64,000 nucleotides of DNA from Chrysomallon squamiferum (GCA_012295275.1 CM022672.1:25172001-25236000); one strand, 5' to 3'. Positions 44,966 to 57,404 are shown, counted from the first letter of the stretch. Program-made: numbers and translations. The notes: generated from the sequence alone by a model not told the origin.

Positions 44966-45198
44966 TATGTATCTATATATATAAATGTGTGTATTTTTGT
45001 ATGTGTATAATACATACATAAATACCTACCAACGTACACACGTATGTATGTACGTAAACATGTATAAATAGATACATAGATGCATATACAGATATGGACA
45101 TAGATACAAACATATATACGTTTGTACAAACTGAATGTAAAACCAGATTATAAAAAAATTATAACATGAAGAAAAAAGATAAATAAAAAATAATTTAA

Positions 45199-45233
<35 letters not shown>

Positions 45234-45634
45234 GAAAATAAGAAAAATAAAATAAATCAAATCAAATAAAAATAAATTACACTCTAAATGGCAGACAAAG
45301 CGATAAATATACAGTTTAATATTATAAATAAAATTCTACGATTTCAAACACAAATCTTATTTTTCTATAAATATTAATAAAAGCTATCCTTGAAATTACA
45401 TGAACGTACAAAACAGTAACAGTTGATAAGATTTATCATTTATCTTAATAAAGTCTGTCTCTTTGTTATTACCCTCTTTAATAAGATCAGGCTTAACTCT
45501 GACAGATATAGATTATCCTATTCCAAACATGTTCTCAATGTCTCGAAGGGTCCTGTCCGGTTCTGTTACACTAACTTTTTGTTAACTAAGCATTTGTCCT
45601 TTTGAGAGTCACTGCGATGTACATAGAAAGAAGC

Positions 45635-45875
45635 GCTAGCTTCCATCCAATCCACTAAATGCTCGGTTTAATTCTAGGATATGATATCTGTGAAAAAGTG
45701 GTCTTTTATGTGCACCTACCTGAATGAATAGGTAGGTGCACATAAAAAATCACTTTAACTATATGGTAAAAGTAGCCAATGGAATGACGTCCGCGGTTTA
45801 CTTTTTCTTTTAATCGTTATAAGAAACAGTAACCAAAACATTAACAACAACAACAATAACAACAACAACAACAGC
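45635..45875 (+). mobile_element. Decayed SINE body (Meta/MESC-like central domain) containing an inverted duplication
   Basis: GGTGCACATAAAAAATCACTTT...GGTAAAAGTAGCCAATGGAATGACGTCCGCGGTTTACT (about 45735-45803) follows the remembered domain consensus GGTGCATATAAAAGATCCCTTG...GAAAGAGTAGCCCATG..GTGGCG.CAGCGGGTTTCCT. It ends in an (AAC)n tail. Not database-verified. Confidence 0.6.
45695..45756. repeat. Inverted repeat / hairpin: 18-bp perfect stem, 8-nt loop, extendable to about 27 bp
   Basis: TTTTATGTGCACCTACCT (45704-45721), loop GAATGAAT, AGGTAGGTGCACATAAAA (45730-45747). The outer AAAGTGGTC / AATCACTTT pairs with one G-T and one mismatch. Confidence 0.95.
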
Positions 45876-46767
45876 AGGAGCAATATGAGATTCAATTAAA
45901 CATCAGTTCATTAATTTCGGGAAACTTCCGACAATCTTCGGCACTCCATACCTGCAACATCGTTGAGGAATTTTTCTTTGAAGAAAAGCACTTGAAACAA
46001 GTTAGAACTTTCGCCTCCAAGCCGCGCTGTCAGGGGGAAATGGTTAAACTCGCATTACTTAATAGCAGCTTTCGGGAAGTAGCCAAGAATCACGTAGAGC
46101 CAACACACGATCGTACAATCGATAACGAGAAGACAACTTGATGGAGAAGTGAAATCAAATTCAACTTGGACGTGCACCAGATTTTTCATTCTGAAAACTT
46201 CAGCCAACTCGTTCATGTCTCCACTGATCAACGGCAGATGCAGGCGAACATTTCTCAACCGAGATTCCAGAGATCGCACGATCGAAACTCGTGGTGGTTT
46301 GCAGACGTTGATTCAGTGGCGATTGTAACAGATGTCATTAATCTTAACGATACCTCAGCAGTATCAAGTTGTTTCAGAACAAAGGAAAAAAAAAATGAAG
46401 TTTTTTTAATCATTTATTTTCTTCATGGAAATTTGTTATTTGGATAATTTATTATTATGAAAAATTACGTTTTGCTTTAGATTTAAATTTGATTATCTGT
46501 GTCTTTGATTGAATTGTGTTCTATTTTAGTTTTCAATTTTTTCGTTTTTTGTATATGTATATATGTATATATATGTACATATATACACACACATATACAT
46601 AAAATGTACTTATTTTTTCCACTTATGCACATAATTTCACTGAGAAACAATAATAAAACCTAAGGACGGATTCAAAGATATTTTTATCGGATTTTTTGAA
46701 ACATATAAAAACACGATGTTATTTTATTATTATTATCGTATACATATATATATATATATATACATAC

Positions 46768-46851
46768 GAATTATACATAGATAAGAGTTGTGTAATTATA
46801 ATTTGAGAAAAAGATTATATGGCAGATTGTTGTTTGTTTTTCCTTGACATA
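46768..46851 (+). repeat. 84-bp copy of 51178-51261 embedded in a (TA)n microsatellite
   Basis: GAATTATACATAGATAAGAGTTGTGTAATTATAATTTGAGAAAAAGATTATATGGCAGATTGTTGTTTGTTTT(T/A)CCTTGACATA, 83/84 identical. Confidence 0.96.
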
Positions 46852-47469
46852 TATATATATATATATTATTTTTTTTCTGTTCTAAAATCATCTCTTATGA
46901 TGAACTACATAACCTCTGATCCGTAAACCCGGCAACATCTTCTTCATCTTGCCTCGAAGGGCGAGAAGAGACTCGTGTTTCTTATTGATTCTGACAATGT
47001 TGTTCACATTTAGTGTCGTGGGTGTCTCAGGTTATTTCAGATCTGAATCCACTCGAAAATCACTTTGGTAAATCAAAAGCAATGACCAGTGAAATCATTT
47101 GGGGCCAGGAATCGATAGACGTACAGTTCTGGAGGCAAATTGCAGGACTGCCGAAACTATTAGCATTCAGTGAGCAATGCAGAACAACCAGGTTTCTTTC
47201 GGCTTCACTGCGTGAATCGTTTCCACTTTGATGAGTTTGCTCTTCGTCTGTGATCACGGCTGATCAGGCAGCTAACTGTGTAGTGATGTTCATTTGTTTG
47301 TTAGTCTGTGTCAGAGGACTGGGAGTCTTGTCTCTCTTAGTTCACATTAAGCCTTACGTTTATTGTAAGATGTTTAATTTAGTGCATAGATACCAAAATT
47401 ATCTGTTTTTGTTGTTGTTAAAAACAGAACAATAATTGTAATTATAAATTTGTTTTTATTAATTAAAGC

Positions 47470-47507
<38 letters not shown>

Positions 47508-48488
47508 CGTATATATTATATATTACACAACACAAGAGCATTTATGCATTCATGTACACACACACACACAGATATAAACATTCATACGTTCATATATACA
47601 TACATAAATACATGAACCATTCATACAGACGTTCACACATAAAAACACTGAACCAGTCAGCAATATATTTAGCAACTTTATCAAATACTCATAAACGTCA
47701 TCATTTTATGGCACACAGATTTATATCTAACTTGTGATCTATGAGAAGTGATTTAACGTGGCTACCCACGGTCTATATCAATTACAGGAATTCTGCTTTA
47801 TCAGTGACAAGAAACGCTTTGTGACTATCAACGTCGGCTCCATTTACCAGAAACTATTTCAACAGCAAACATTAATTTACACCTGTCAAAACCCACACAC
47901 TGTGGACCAGCTCACAAATCTACATCTGCATTCAGATTTATATCAATAAAGAGTTTGATAATAAAATTATTTCATAACAGCATTGTAGGAAAATATAACC
48001 GAATTTTCGCACTGTGTGAACCATTTGTTAAACAGATTTTTAAATTTTTTTTTTTTTTTTTTTTTTTAACCCTTAATGAAATATATCAGGCAATTCGGTT
48101 ATTTAATGACCCGTGAAGTTTTCGTGCTTCGTTGGTCAAAGGTCTCGGGTCTCTATGATGGTGAAAAGATAGTGCCTAGCTGAGTAAACGGATTAGTAGA
48201 AAGCGCATTAAGATCAAGAAGGTCTGCATTTAATAGTACTGAAAAGAAGTCATAGCTAAAAATGGCAGCTTTCGCCCACATCAGTAATTTGATTTGGTCC
48301 TGTTCAAGTGTGTTTGTGTATATATATTGCTTTGTCGATCTTTTGAAATTGGTAAACCTTATATTTATATTTAATAACGAATAAAATGAGATATATGTCA
48401 TTGTTAACTAAAATTGCAGGCAGAAATTTGTTATGAAATATATTTAGTTTATTACTAATTTTTACGTTCAGAAAATATGCACGCAGAA

Positions 48489-48556
<68 letters not shown>

Positions 48557-49760
48557 ATTAACATACTAATACTAATACTAATATTAATAATAATAAATAA
48601 AAAAAAAATTATATTATTGTTGTTAAATGTTGTTATTATTCTATATTCATTTATATTGTTTGCCGCAACAAAAATTTTAAATTTACCCTGACACAAAAAT
48701 ATTCTAATGTTGAATACATCTGAAAATTACAAACCATGGAAGTACACTAACATATTACACAATATACTGTTTCTTTTATAAAAATTAAATAAAATAATTA
48801 ATGTATTACGTACATGTGTCTTACAAATATCAACTAAAATATTAAAATTTGATGTTTCTGATGGAAGACTAAAACATCAAACAAATCCATTACGCTGTTG
48901 TTGTTTTTAAATCTATTGTGTTCCGTTTGAACCGAAGCATTACATTCACATTTATAGCTCGTTAAGTCCGTGCTAGTTCCCACGCTGAGAGAGTGCTTAA
49001 TTTGTACGTAACTCCACCTACTATGACTTCTAACAATAGATTTAGAAACTGCTTTTAACATCATCAGATATTTTTCTCGTTCATTTTCAAAGTTTAACAC
49101 AATGGGTGGAACAACAGTAAAGAATAAACATTAAAATAGTAGAGAAAAAATAAATCAAAGGTCAATAAATATATTTTTTTTTATTATTTTTATTATTATT
49201 ATTATTATTTTTTTTTTATTTTTTTTTTTTTTTTTATTTTATTTTATTTTATTATTTTTTTTTTTTTCGTGCTGCTCTTCATAAGATATCTTTAACCAAA
49301 ACTCGCTTCAACAAGAACGCGTTTGATTGTCACACGTCAGTAAAACACGACAGACAGAACACTGGTACTCATTCCTTTCTCTCATCGCGCTGTTAATGCC
49401 TGCAGAGAAATCAACAAAGGACTTGAAACCAGTCTGTTTTCAACTTGCTCGTCCTGTCCATTGTACGCGCCACTAGAACAAATTACCAGTCCATTAGGTA
49501 GACCTTTGAAGAGGGTTGTTAGCTTTTCGTGGCGAATTTTGTTTGATAGACAAACAACGGGTGTCTCATTCGCATACGCTACAGAAAGAGATGGATGCGG
49601 GGAACAAAAAAAAGTGAACGTGTTAGTTCGTTAAGCGAGATGAAATTTAAAACTGCTGCAGTTTGTTTCAAATTAATAACTGTTTAACACCAGACTGTCA
49701 GCTACAAATGTAACAGATGTGATTTAATATAGAGAGGAGAATCTGAGAGGATGTTTGTCA

Positions 49761-49808
<48 letters not shown>

Positions 49809-50931
49809 TATAGATTAATAAATAAATAACGTCAGTTTTAATTAATTTATGAAGTATTTGTTTCTTTACGTTCGGAAACTAAAATAATGTACCTTTGGTC
49901 AAAAATAAGTATATATATAACAAATTCTAATAATTTAACTATATATATTGTCAATTTAAATGTTATTAAAAAAAAAAAAAAAAAAAACCCACATAATTAT
50001 TATATTACATGTTATTCTTTGTCTTTCACTCTCTCTCTGCTTATGTGTGGTAAAATCCCTTTTCTTTCCTCCACTGAGTCAGAAAAAAAAGAAAAGTTTT
50101 AACAACATGTGTTGCGCTAACAGCGATATCATAATTACCAGTGTTCAAAATATCCTGTTCTTCTGTGTCGCTGGGGCATGTGACGTGTTAGTTTGTGCGT
50201 AAAAACTATTACACCTCAGATGTCACGTGGCAATCACAGCGCCCCTCCCACCTGCTGAGCAGACGACAGTTGCGTCATCAGTTTCAAAGTTGGAAGCCAG
50301 ATAAAAATTTGCGCGACAGACGTGAAAGATAAGACGAACGAGCTGCTAATTGCAGAACAAAATTCTCCATTGTCGCATTTTTGTCATTACTTTAGTGCGA
50401 AGATCTTAGAAACGTAATAGAAAAAAATTCCCCTGAGGCACTTTTCTATTCTTTAACCACGACACAAAATTCTAATAACAACTTCTTCTTGTTTTTTTTT
50501 TTTTTTTTTTTTTATTTCTTCAGCAGGTGCTCAGAATCTATATATTATTTACAAAAAGAACATTTAAAGCTTATCTTAACGTCTAGGGAAGGAGATGAAA
50601 ATAGCTTGTAGCTTATTTAAAAAGTAAAGCACTGAATAAATAATGAACGAATGAATATTGTTAAAATTATTAATTTACATTGCAGTGTATTTTATGTTAT
50701 CTGTGTTATTTTGTAACATAATTAGTAGAAAGGCACATTTTATATGTTCTTTCAGGGGTTTAAGGAGATAAAACAGACAGCATAACGGAGAGAACTCAAT
50801 GTGCAGACGATCGTTTTTCAGAATGTAAAGCATGTAAAGATTATCGTAGAAACAGTAACAATCAAGTATATAAAGAAAAGAGTACATGAACATATTCATC
50901 CGTTAATTTTTAATATATATATATATATATA

Positions 50932-50971
<40 letters not shown>

Positions 50972-52196
50972 ATTCCGAGAAAATAACAATGTAAAATCAC
51001 ACACAGATAATATTACCATTTTCAAACACCTGTTTGTCAGTGTGATAATTTATTTTATTACTAACAACAATAAAACTGTTTGTGGTATTTTACATCCGTT
51101 TATACCAGGATATTGTCGGCTTAATTTGAACTTTGTAATCAATGGTACTCATAGACACAGCTGTGGAAGCCACTTATGAATTATACATAGATAAGAGTTG
51201 TGTAATTATAATTTGAGAAAAAGATTATATGGCAGATTGTTGTTTGTTTTACCTTGACATAGTTGCATACATTGGTTGTGTCAAATAGGACATGCTTAGT
51301 AAAGTACAAGTAACACACACATACACATACACACACACACACTGTGAAATGAGCATATATATATATTTCTATGTGTGTGTGTTTATGTGCGCGTGAGTGC
51401 ATATGCATGTGCATTTATTTATGTGGTGCATATTCGGGATTGCGCGTGCACATGTACAGGCGTGCGTGCATACGCATGTTACAGTGAGAAGAGACGTTTG
51501 CTAGTGGGAGGAATTCACAAAGTACAGAAAACAAAAACAGAATTTCAATTCAGTCCTTCCTGCTTCTCTGAAATGTCTACGTCAAAAACTAAGACTGATT
51601 ACTTCACTAATTTATTAGATATAGATACTAACATTAAATTTGATCCAAATCCATATGGTTTGTTTTTTAAACCCAGTTTAAATTTAACTATATATATATG
51701 ATTTATACGAGTAGATGTTTGTGGATATGGGTAATTTTTGGCACGTTTTCAAACATGCCTGTTGTGTACACAATCTCTAAAACCATATCAGAGAGTTTTG
51801 TTTCAAGACAGTGGAATATGTTTTGTATATATGTTACAACATCACTCTCTGTTTTATACTGCAGCAGTTCCTTCCAGCAGCACCACGATCGAGTCTAAAG
51901 TTGGAGGTGGATTAGCAACAGCTCGATCAGGATTATCTTTAATCTAGACGACGCTCGTTTTAATTTTATTTCTGTCATTCGTCGGGATAAAGCAATCAAG
52001 AAACTTGACTCGAAACAGCGCCGCCATGTTCACCAGACCAGCGAGTGTCGCTAGATGTCAGCTGAACTGAAATCGCGAGCCGTCGAGCATTGTAACAATA
52101 TGACACCTGGATCCACTACAATAGAGCAGAGTTTAGATTCCTCGCGCAAACAGACACACAGGTAAATCCTCTTCATAACCAGCGCAAATTTCTCAC

Positions 52197-52494
52197 CTTG
52201 TCGCCAGGTAGCGAGGGGTCGAGATGAGTACCGTTGTGGGGGAGGAGACCCTCGCGAGTCGTTGTCTTTTAACAAATAAATTCAATTACACACCACAGTG
52301 CTCCACTGGTAAGCCTCTTAACCCGAGAAATCCAGCCGTTCACGGAGAGGGATCAAGGAGAGGTGTACAACGAAGGCGAGATACAAAAAGAAGTGTATCT
52401 TTTTATGAGTACCTGAGACATTTCTAGTGCAGACACCTGCTTTATCCACAGTAAAATGAAAAAGAGAAAAAAGAAGAAAGAGAAAGAGTTAGTA
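52197..52494 (-). other. Candidate non-coding spliced exon on the minus strand (52436/52439 to 52197) with its 3' splice-site signals
   Basis: Minus strand: perfect branch point TACTAAC (52494-52488), a ~35-nt pyrimidine tract, no AG until the tandem acceptor AAG|CAG| (52442-52437), and a donor CAAG|GTGAGA at 52197/52196. All three frames of the 240-nt exon contain stops. Confidence 0.45.
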
Positions 52495-52819
52495 ACGTTA
52501 CTTAACAAGTTCGCTCTCGTTTACTCTTACCTAGACAGCTTGTTGCGATACGCTCGTATTTCTTCCTGATAGAAACCTGATGGTAATTTGTATAACAGAT
52601 TTCTTACAGGATCAGAAACAAGAACGACTCAAAGTTAACGCTGTTTATTTACTGACGTAACCACAAACTGTGGTTAGTTATGATAAAACACGTCATAATA
52701 TATTTATGCAAATAAAACTTTCAAATAGCCGAGTTCCGTGATGATCATTATAAAACCCAACTCTTAAATACTGAAGAGATGGAGACATTTTGCCTAAATA
52801 CTACATTACAGACAATAAC

Positions 52820-52895
52820 ATTGAGTTACCATCGAGTTACCTTCGAGTTACTATTGAGATACCATTGAGGTACCATTGAGTTACCACTGAGATAC
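52820..52895. repeat. 11-bp minisatellite, 7 units, consensus ATTGAGTTACC
   Basis: Units start at 52820, 52831, 52842, 52853, 52864, 52875 and 52886. Confidence 0.93.
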
Positions 52896-53492
52896 GTTTG
52901 AGCTGTTGTAGAAATGATCCAAGAAAACGATGACAAAGATGATGGATTCTGATTCGTTGAACAACAGTTTCATTATTACCTGCATAAGATAAACCTGTTT
53001 TTTTTTTGTTGTTTTTTTTTTTTTTTAAAATTATTTGCACAAGATATATTTATGTTTTGAAATTACCTATATAAAAAATATTTAAGAAAAAATACCAGTC
53101 TTGATTAAAATACCATTTCTCCATTTTAAACTTTAAAAAGTTCATTTAAATCTCTAACCAAGTTGTCATAAAAAAATAATTATAAAAAATATCGTCAAGT
53201 TTCTGCAGCAACTCCACACACATCAGCAAATAACTGACTTCATCACGTGCATCTTCCACCAAACTTCACAGAACAAATGAAATTACTGAACAACCATCAA
53301 GAACCAAATATTAATATTTGATGAGTTCTGGAAAACACAATCACAGTTTACATATTCATTTTTTATTTTCCCATTTACTTGTAATGATCAATGAACGCTA
53401 CAAATCAGGACTATCAGCACTCAACGACAATGAAAATCCTCGACAGACTACATTACGGCAGCAAAAAAAAACATTAATAATTTTATATCTGG

Positions 53493-53531
<39 letters not shown>

Positions 53532-53940
53532 GAGAGCAAAAAAGGCAGCAAAAGTGATTAGGTTTAGTTTGAATAATAAATAGAGAGCGGTGTTTCACAG
53601 ACAGACCTCAGTGTTCACAGATGTAAAATCAATATCTCTGTAAGCAGTCCGAGTCCTTTGTTCAGCCTGGCTCTGTTTGAACAAGGTAATTAGGCAACGC
53701 AACACAAAAGCATCGAGACTTGAAAACTGTTGCCAGCCTCGGGGTACGCTCTGCTGGAATCCATGTTTTCTTCCAGCCAGGAAGATCTAATGACGGAGTA
53801 ATCGTGTTCTATGAATTTACGTTTCGTGGATAAATAGGAAAACGTTTCGGGATTTTTTTTATCTTTTTTTTTTTTTTTTTTTAAATTACTGAAAAAAAAA
53901 CTTTCATCGCGTATCATCTCTGCTGGTGACTTCCTTCCTG

Positions 53941-54222
53941 TTTTTTTTTTTTTTTTTTTTTTTTTTTTCTTTTCAAATTAATATATTTTTAACAGAAGAA
54001 TTGATAAATGATGCACCCCTCCAGGCTGGAAATTTTCTCTCTAACTCTGTTAGAAATTATCCTCTGTTTCTCCTTTTTTTTTAAAACTACACAGAAACAC
54101 CGGCGGCTTTTTTTTTTTTTTTTTTTTTTTTTTTTCCTTTACTCTCTTTTAACATTATTGATAAATGATAGTCCCTTCCAGGCTGGAATTTTCTCTTTAA
54201 CGATGGTGAAAATTATTCTGTC
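53941..54222. repeat. Diverged local duplication (period about 157 bp), each unit headed by poly-T
   Basis: TTTTAACA...TTGATAAATGAT...CC.TCCAGGCTGGAA(A)TTTTCTCT.TAAC...AAATTAT at about 53987-54062 and about 54147-54220. Confidence 0.88.
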
Positions 54223-55495
54223 ATCACAGACCGATTATACCAGCGTGTAATTATTTGTGCAGCCATTACCGAAAGTAATCATTTGGAGAAGAGATTGCTG
54301 CAGACACGAAGTTGATACACGTGAATCTGTGGAAACAAAAACCAGATAAACAAATGAACTAACAATATATCTGTCCGTCTGTATATACGTCAAAGTCTGC
54401 GTCTTTCCGTCAGATTCCCAGTCTATTAAATAACCAACAAGAAAGAACTGAACTGATTTAAAATGTGCAGAAAATGTATTTTGACTGGATAAAAGCTGGA
54501 TAAAGATATTTTAGATACTGTAACAATATCGAACAGTTTAGTGTACAATACTTCTTTATGTCAGCTGGTTATTTGATATAAATTTTCTGTAAACATATTA
54601 TAGAGATAATATATATATATAAACACTGTTAACAAAGAGAACGATAATAATAATGATAGTGATTATGACAATGGTGATCATTATACTGATAACAACAACA
54701 TCAATAATAATTAGTAGTATAAAAGTAGTATAAATCATAATAATCATAATAACAGATAAATATAAGAAATGAAACAGCAACGAATAGGTTATGTATATTT
54801 TATGATAAATACTGTTACATCTACGTTTCCTTTATTTGTTTTAAACGTCTAGTAACAGACCGCAATATCGTCACAGACTGTGTAATAAGGTTTCAACTTA
54901 CAATACATATTCAGTTACTAAAACAAATGTTGTCCATAAGCTTAATTAAATATTTATTATTTTGAAATTAATGTCACATACACACATGAATACATACATA
55001 CATACATACATACATACATACATACATACATACATACATACATACACACATATATATATATATATATGTATTTACACACATAAACGCGCATGCATGTACA
55101 TGCATATAATATTATATCAATCTGTTTGCGGATACATGTATTTATTCGTATGTTTATAACAGCAAATACCTTAAACAGTTTTGTAGTAATAACATTTGGA
55201 TTGGAATGCCAGTTATTTACGTACAAAGCAGAGAGGTTATTCAGCGTATTGGAAACATAAACTGAGATATTTGATACAGATGGAACACAAAACCAACACA
55301 AACACTGACATGTACATAAATACCAAAACACGAGACGAACATAATGCTGCCCGTTTTACCTCGATGAATCTTTTCACTGTAAACATTCCCAAAAGTACTT
55401 CAGTAGCAAATGTGCCGTGGTGTGGTAATTTATGTTTTGCATGCGGACACATGCACGCACATAGACACATATATTTTCACAGTCAAATAGACACA

Positions 55496-55497
<2 letters not shown>

Positions 55498-55589
<92 letters not shown>
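55498..55589. repeat. (CT)n microsatellite
   Basis: Directly visible. Confidence 0.98.
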
Positions 55590-55592
<3 letters not shown>

Positions 55593-56850
55593 AACAGACA
55601 AACATTTAGAGAATTACAGTTTTTACGATTCACCATACCACAGCATTAATAATACATCATCTTAATGAATTCGGTTACAAAAACTAACAAACTTTTAACA
55701 AACCAACTTATAAACAACAATATTCTTATACTCTTTATACAGAACCACATACTGTCATTCAGTGACAATATGTTGGCTAAAGACTTAAACGATTTAGTAA
55801 TAAGAACTGCTTTACTCGCCATTAATATCCACATTCACGAGTGTACGACTAAAATATATTATCGTCTGGCTATATACAATGATACATTACAAAAGATTTT
55901 ATTAGGATACACTTTGCATTCGTCAACTATCATTTACTGTGAATATTAATCCAAAAAAACAACAACACCACTGACAAATAATAAGTAAGGTGGCTAAAAA
56001 GTAAAGCAAATGCCTGATCTGTTTAAAACTATTCGTGTAAAACTGGGATGATACTACTATTCTGGTTATCAAAATGAATTCCACTGTCTGAGTGCTTTCC
56101 ACAAGTAGTGAATAGACGTCATTATTCATCATTATAGGCCAAATTGGTTAATAAAGCCATTATCGCGCTAATGAAGATGTCGTATTGATTTCATATTTCT
56201 CTTTTAAAATGTGACGGTGATATTAATAACGCTAATTACTTAGCATAGAGAGTGACAGTGATGGATGATGAGAAAGAGCTGGGCTAAAGCAGACACGACA
56301 GTGAAGTAGTTGATACAGAGATATAAATATTACATAGGTACATAATTATTGCTACTGCCCATTCTCTATTAATACTTGTAGGCACCGCTATCAAACAATA
56401 AGCCTTAAAGCTAATATTAATTGCAAATCATTCAACTTCATCTTCCATCCACGGATCTGCGAAGTGGTCGCTAACGTCCTGTGTCTGCGCAATAATATAT
56501 TGTTTCATTATAAAATAAATTTGGTGAAAGCCACCAAGATGGTAAATTCCCTTTTTCTAATATCCTACATATTCTATTTATATTTATTAATTCTTTAACA
56601 CATTTGACGAATCGTGGGCTATTATTTCACTCACTTCGGTGATGTTCCCCAGATAAAAATAAGCTCTCAACAGCAAATTAAACATTACTCAAATTATAAA
56701 CAAAGAATACACACTGATACTAACATATTTGCCAAGACTTCGTTAAAAATAATTTTCAGTAGAATTCAGATTCCTTTTTCGCATTTACAAATCATATTAT
56801 GGTGATAAAATATAATCGCCCCGGTCAAACATAGTTTTTGTTTAAACAGG

Positions 56851-56950
56851 TGTAAATATAAACGCTGTAAATAACGAGAAACAGTATTTGTAAATATAAA
56901 CGCTGTAAATAACCAGAAATGACAACAGTATTTGTAAATATAAACGCTGT
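56851..56950. repeat. 38-44-bp minisatellite, about 2.5 copies
   Basis: TGTAAATATAAACGCTGT occurs three times, separated by AAATAAC.AGAA...ACAGTATT. Confidence 0.93.
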
Positions 56951-56991
56951 CCTTCACGCGTATGTCACCAAGTGTGATAAAATTGGTCTAT

Positions 56992-57036
56992 CTACGTAAT
57001 GACGTCATATTAAAGTCTATTACGCAAATCGGAAGT
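56992..57036. promoter_or_regulatory. Candidate composite cis-element: CRE palindrome, C/EBP-type site and ETS core
   Basis: ATGACGTCAT (56999-57008), TTACGCAA (57020-57027) and CGGAAGT (57030-57036) lie within 45 bp. Motif matches only. Confidence 0.35.
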
Positions 57037-57404
57037 CTCAGGCAGACAGAAACCTTTACCGTAAAGTTATATAATATTTGCTGAGTTTTTGTAAACACTG
57101 TGGCCTAGAGTCGACACATCCCACCAGCCTGTTAGATTGCAAAAATAAAAAGAGTAAATATTGGCTCAGAAACAACATGGAGCTATTTTCAAGATGGATG
57201 GCTTTTATGCTGATACGTTTATATTGTTTGTTTTAATCTAACAGTGAACAGCGTGGCTTGTCGAATATTATGTTTGTTTTAATATTATTTTAGTTTTAGA
57301 TACGTTAGTTTTAATAATCTCATATTAAAATATCACATTATTAAATTGATGTAAATGCCAAGATTTTTAAATAGAAATGAAGATTATATACTACTTAATC
57401 CTAA

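Noticed and set aside
47263-47273. Minus-strand AGCTGCCTGAT matching the 5' end of miR-745/miR-22-family miRNAs
   Set aside because: The match stops after 11 nt and I see no supporting hairpin. I found no full match to any conserved bilaterian miRNA I remember.
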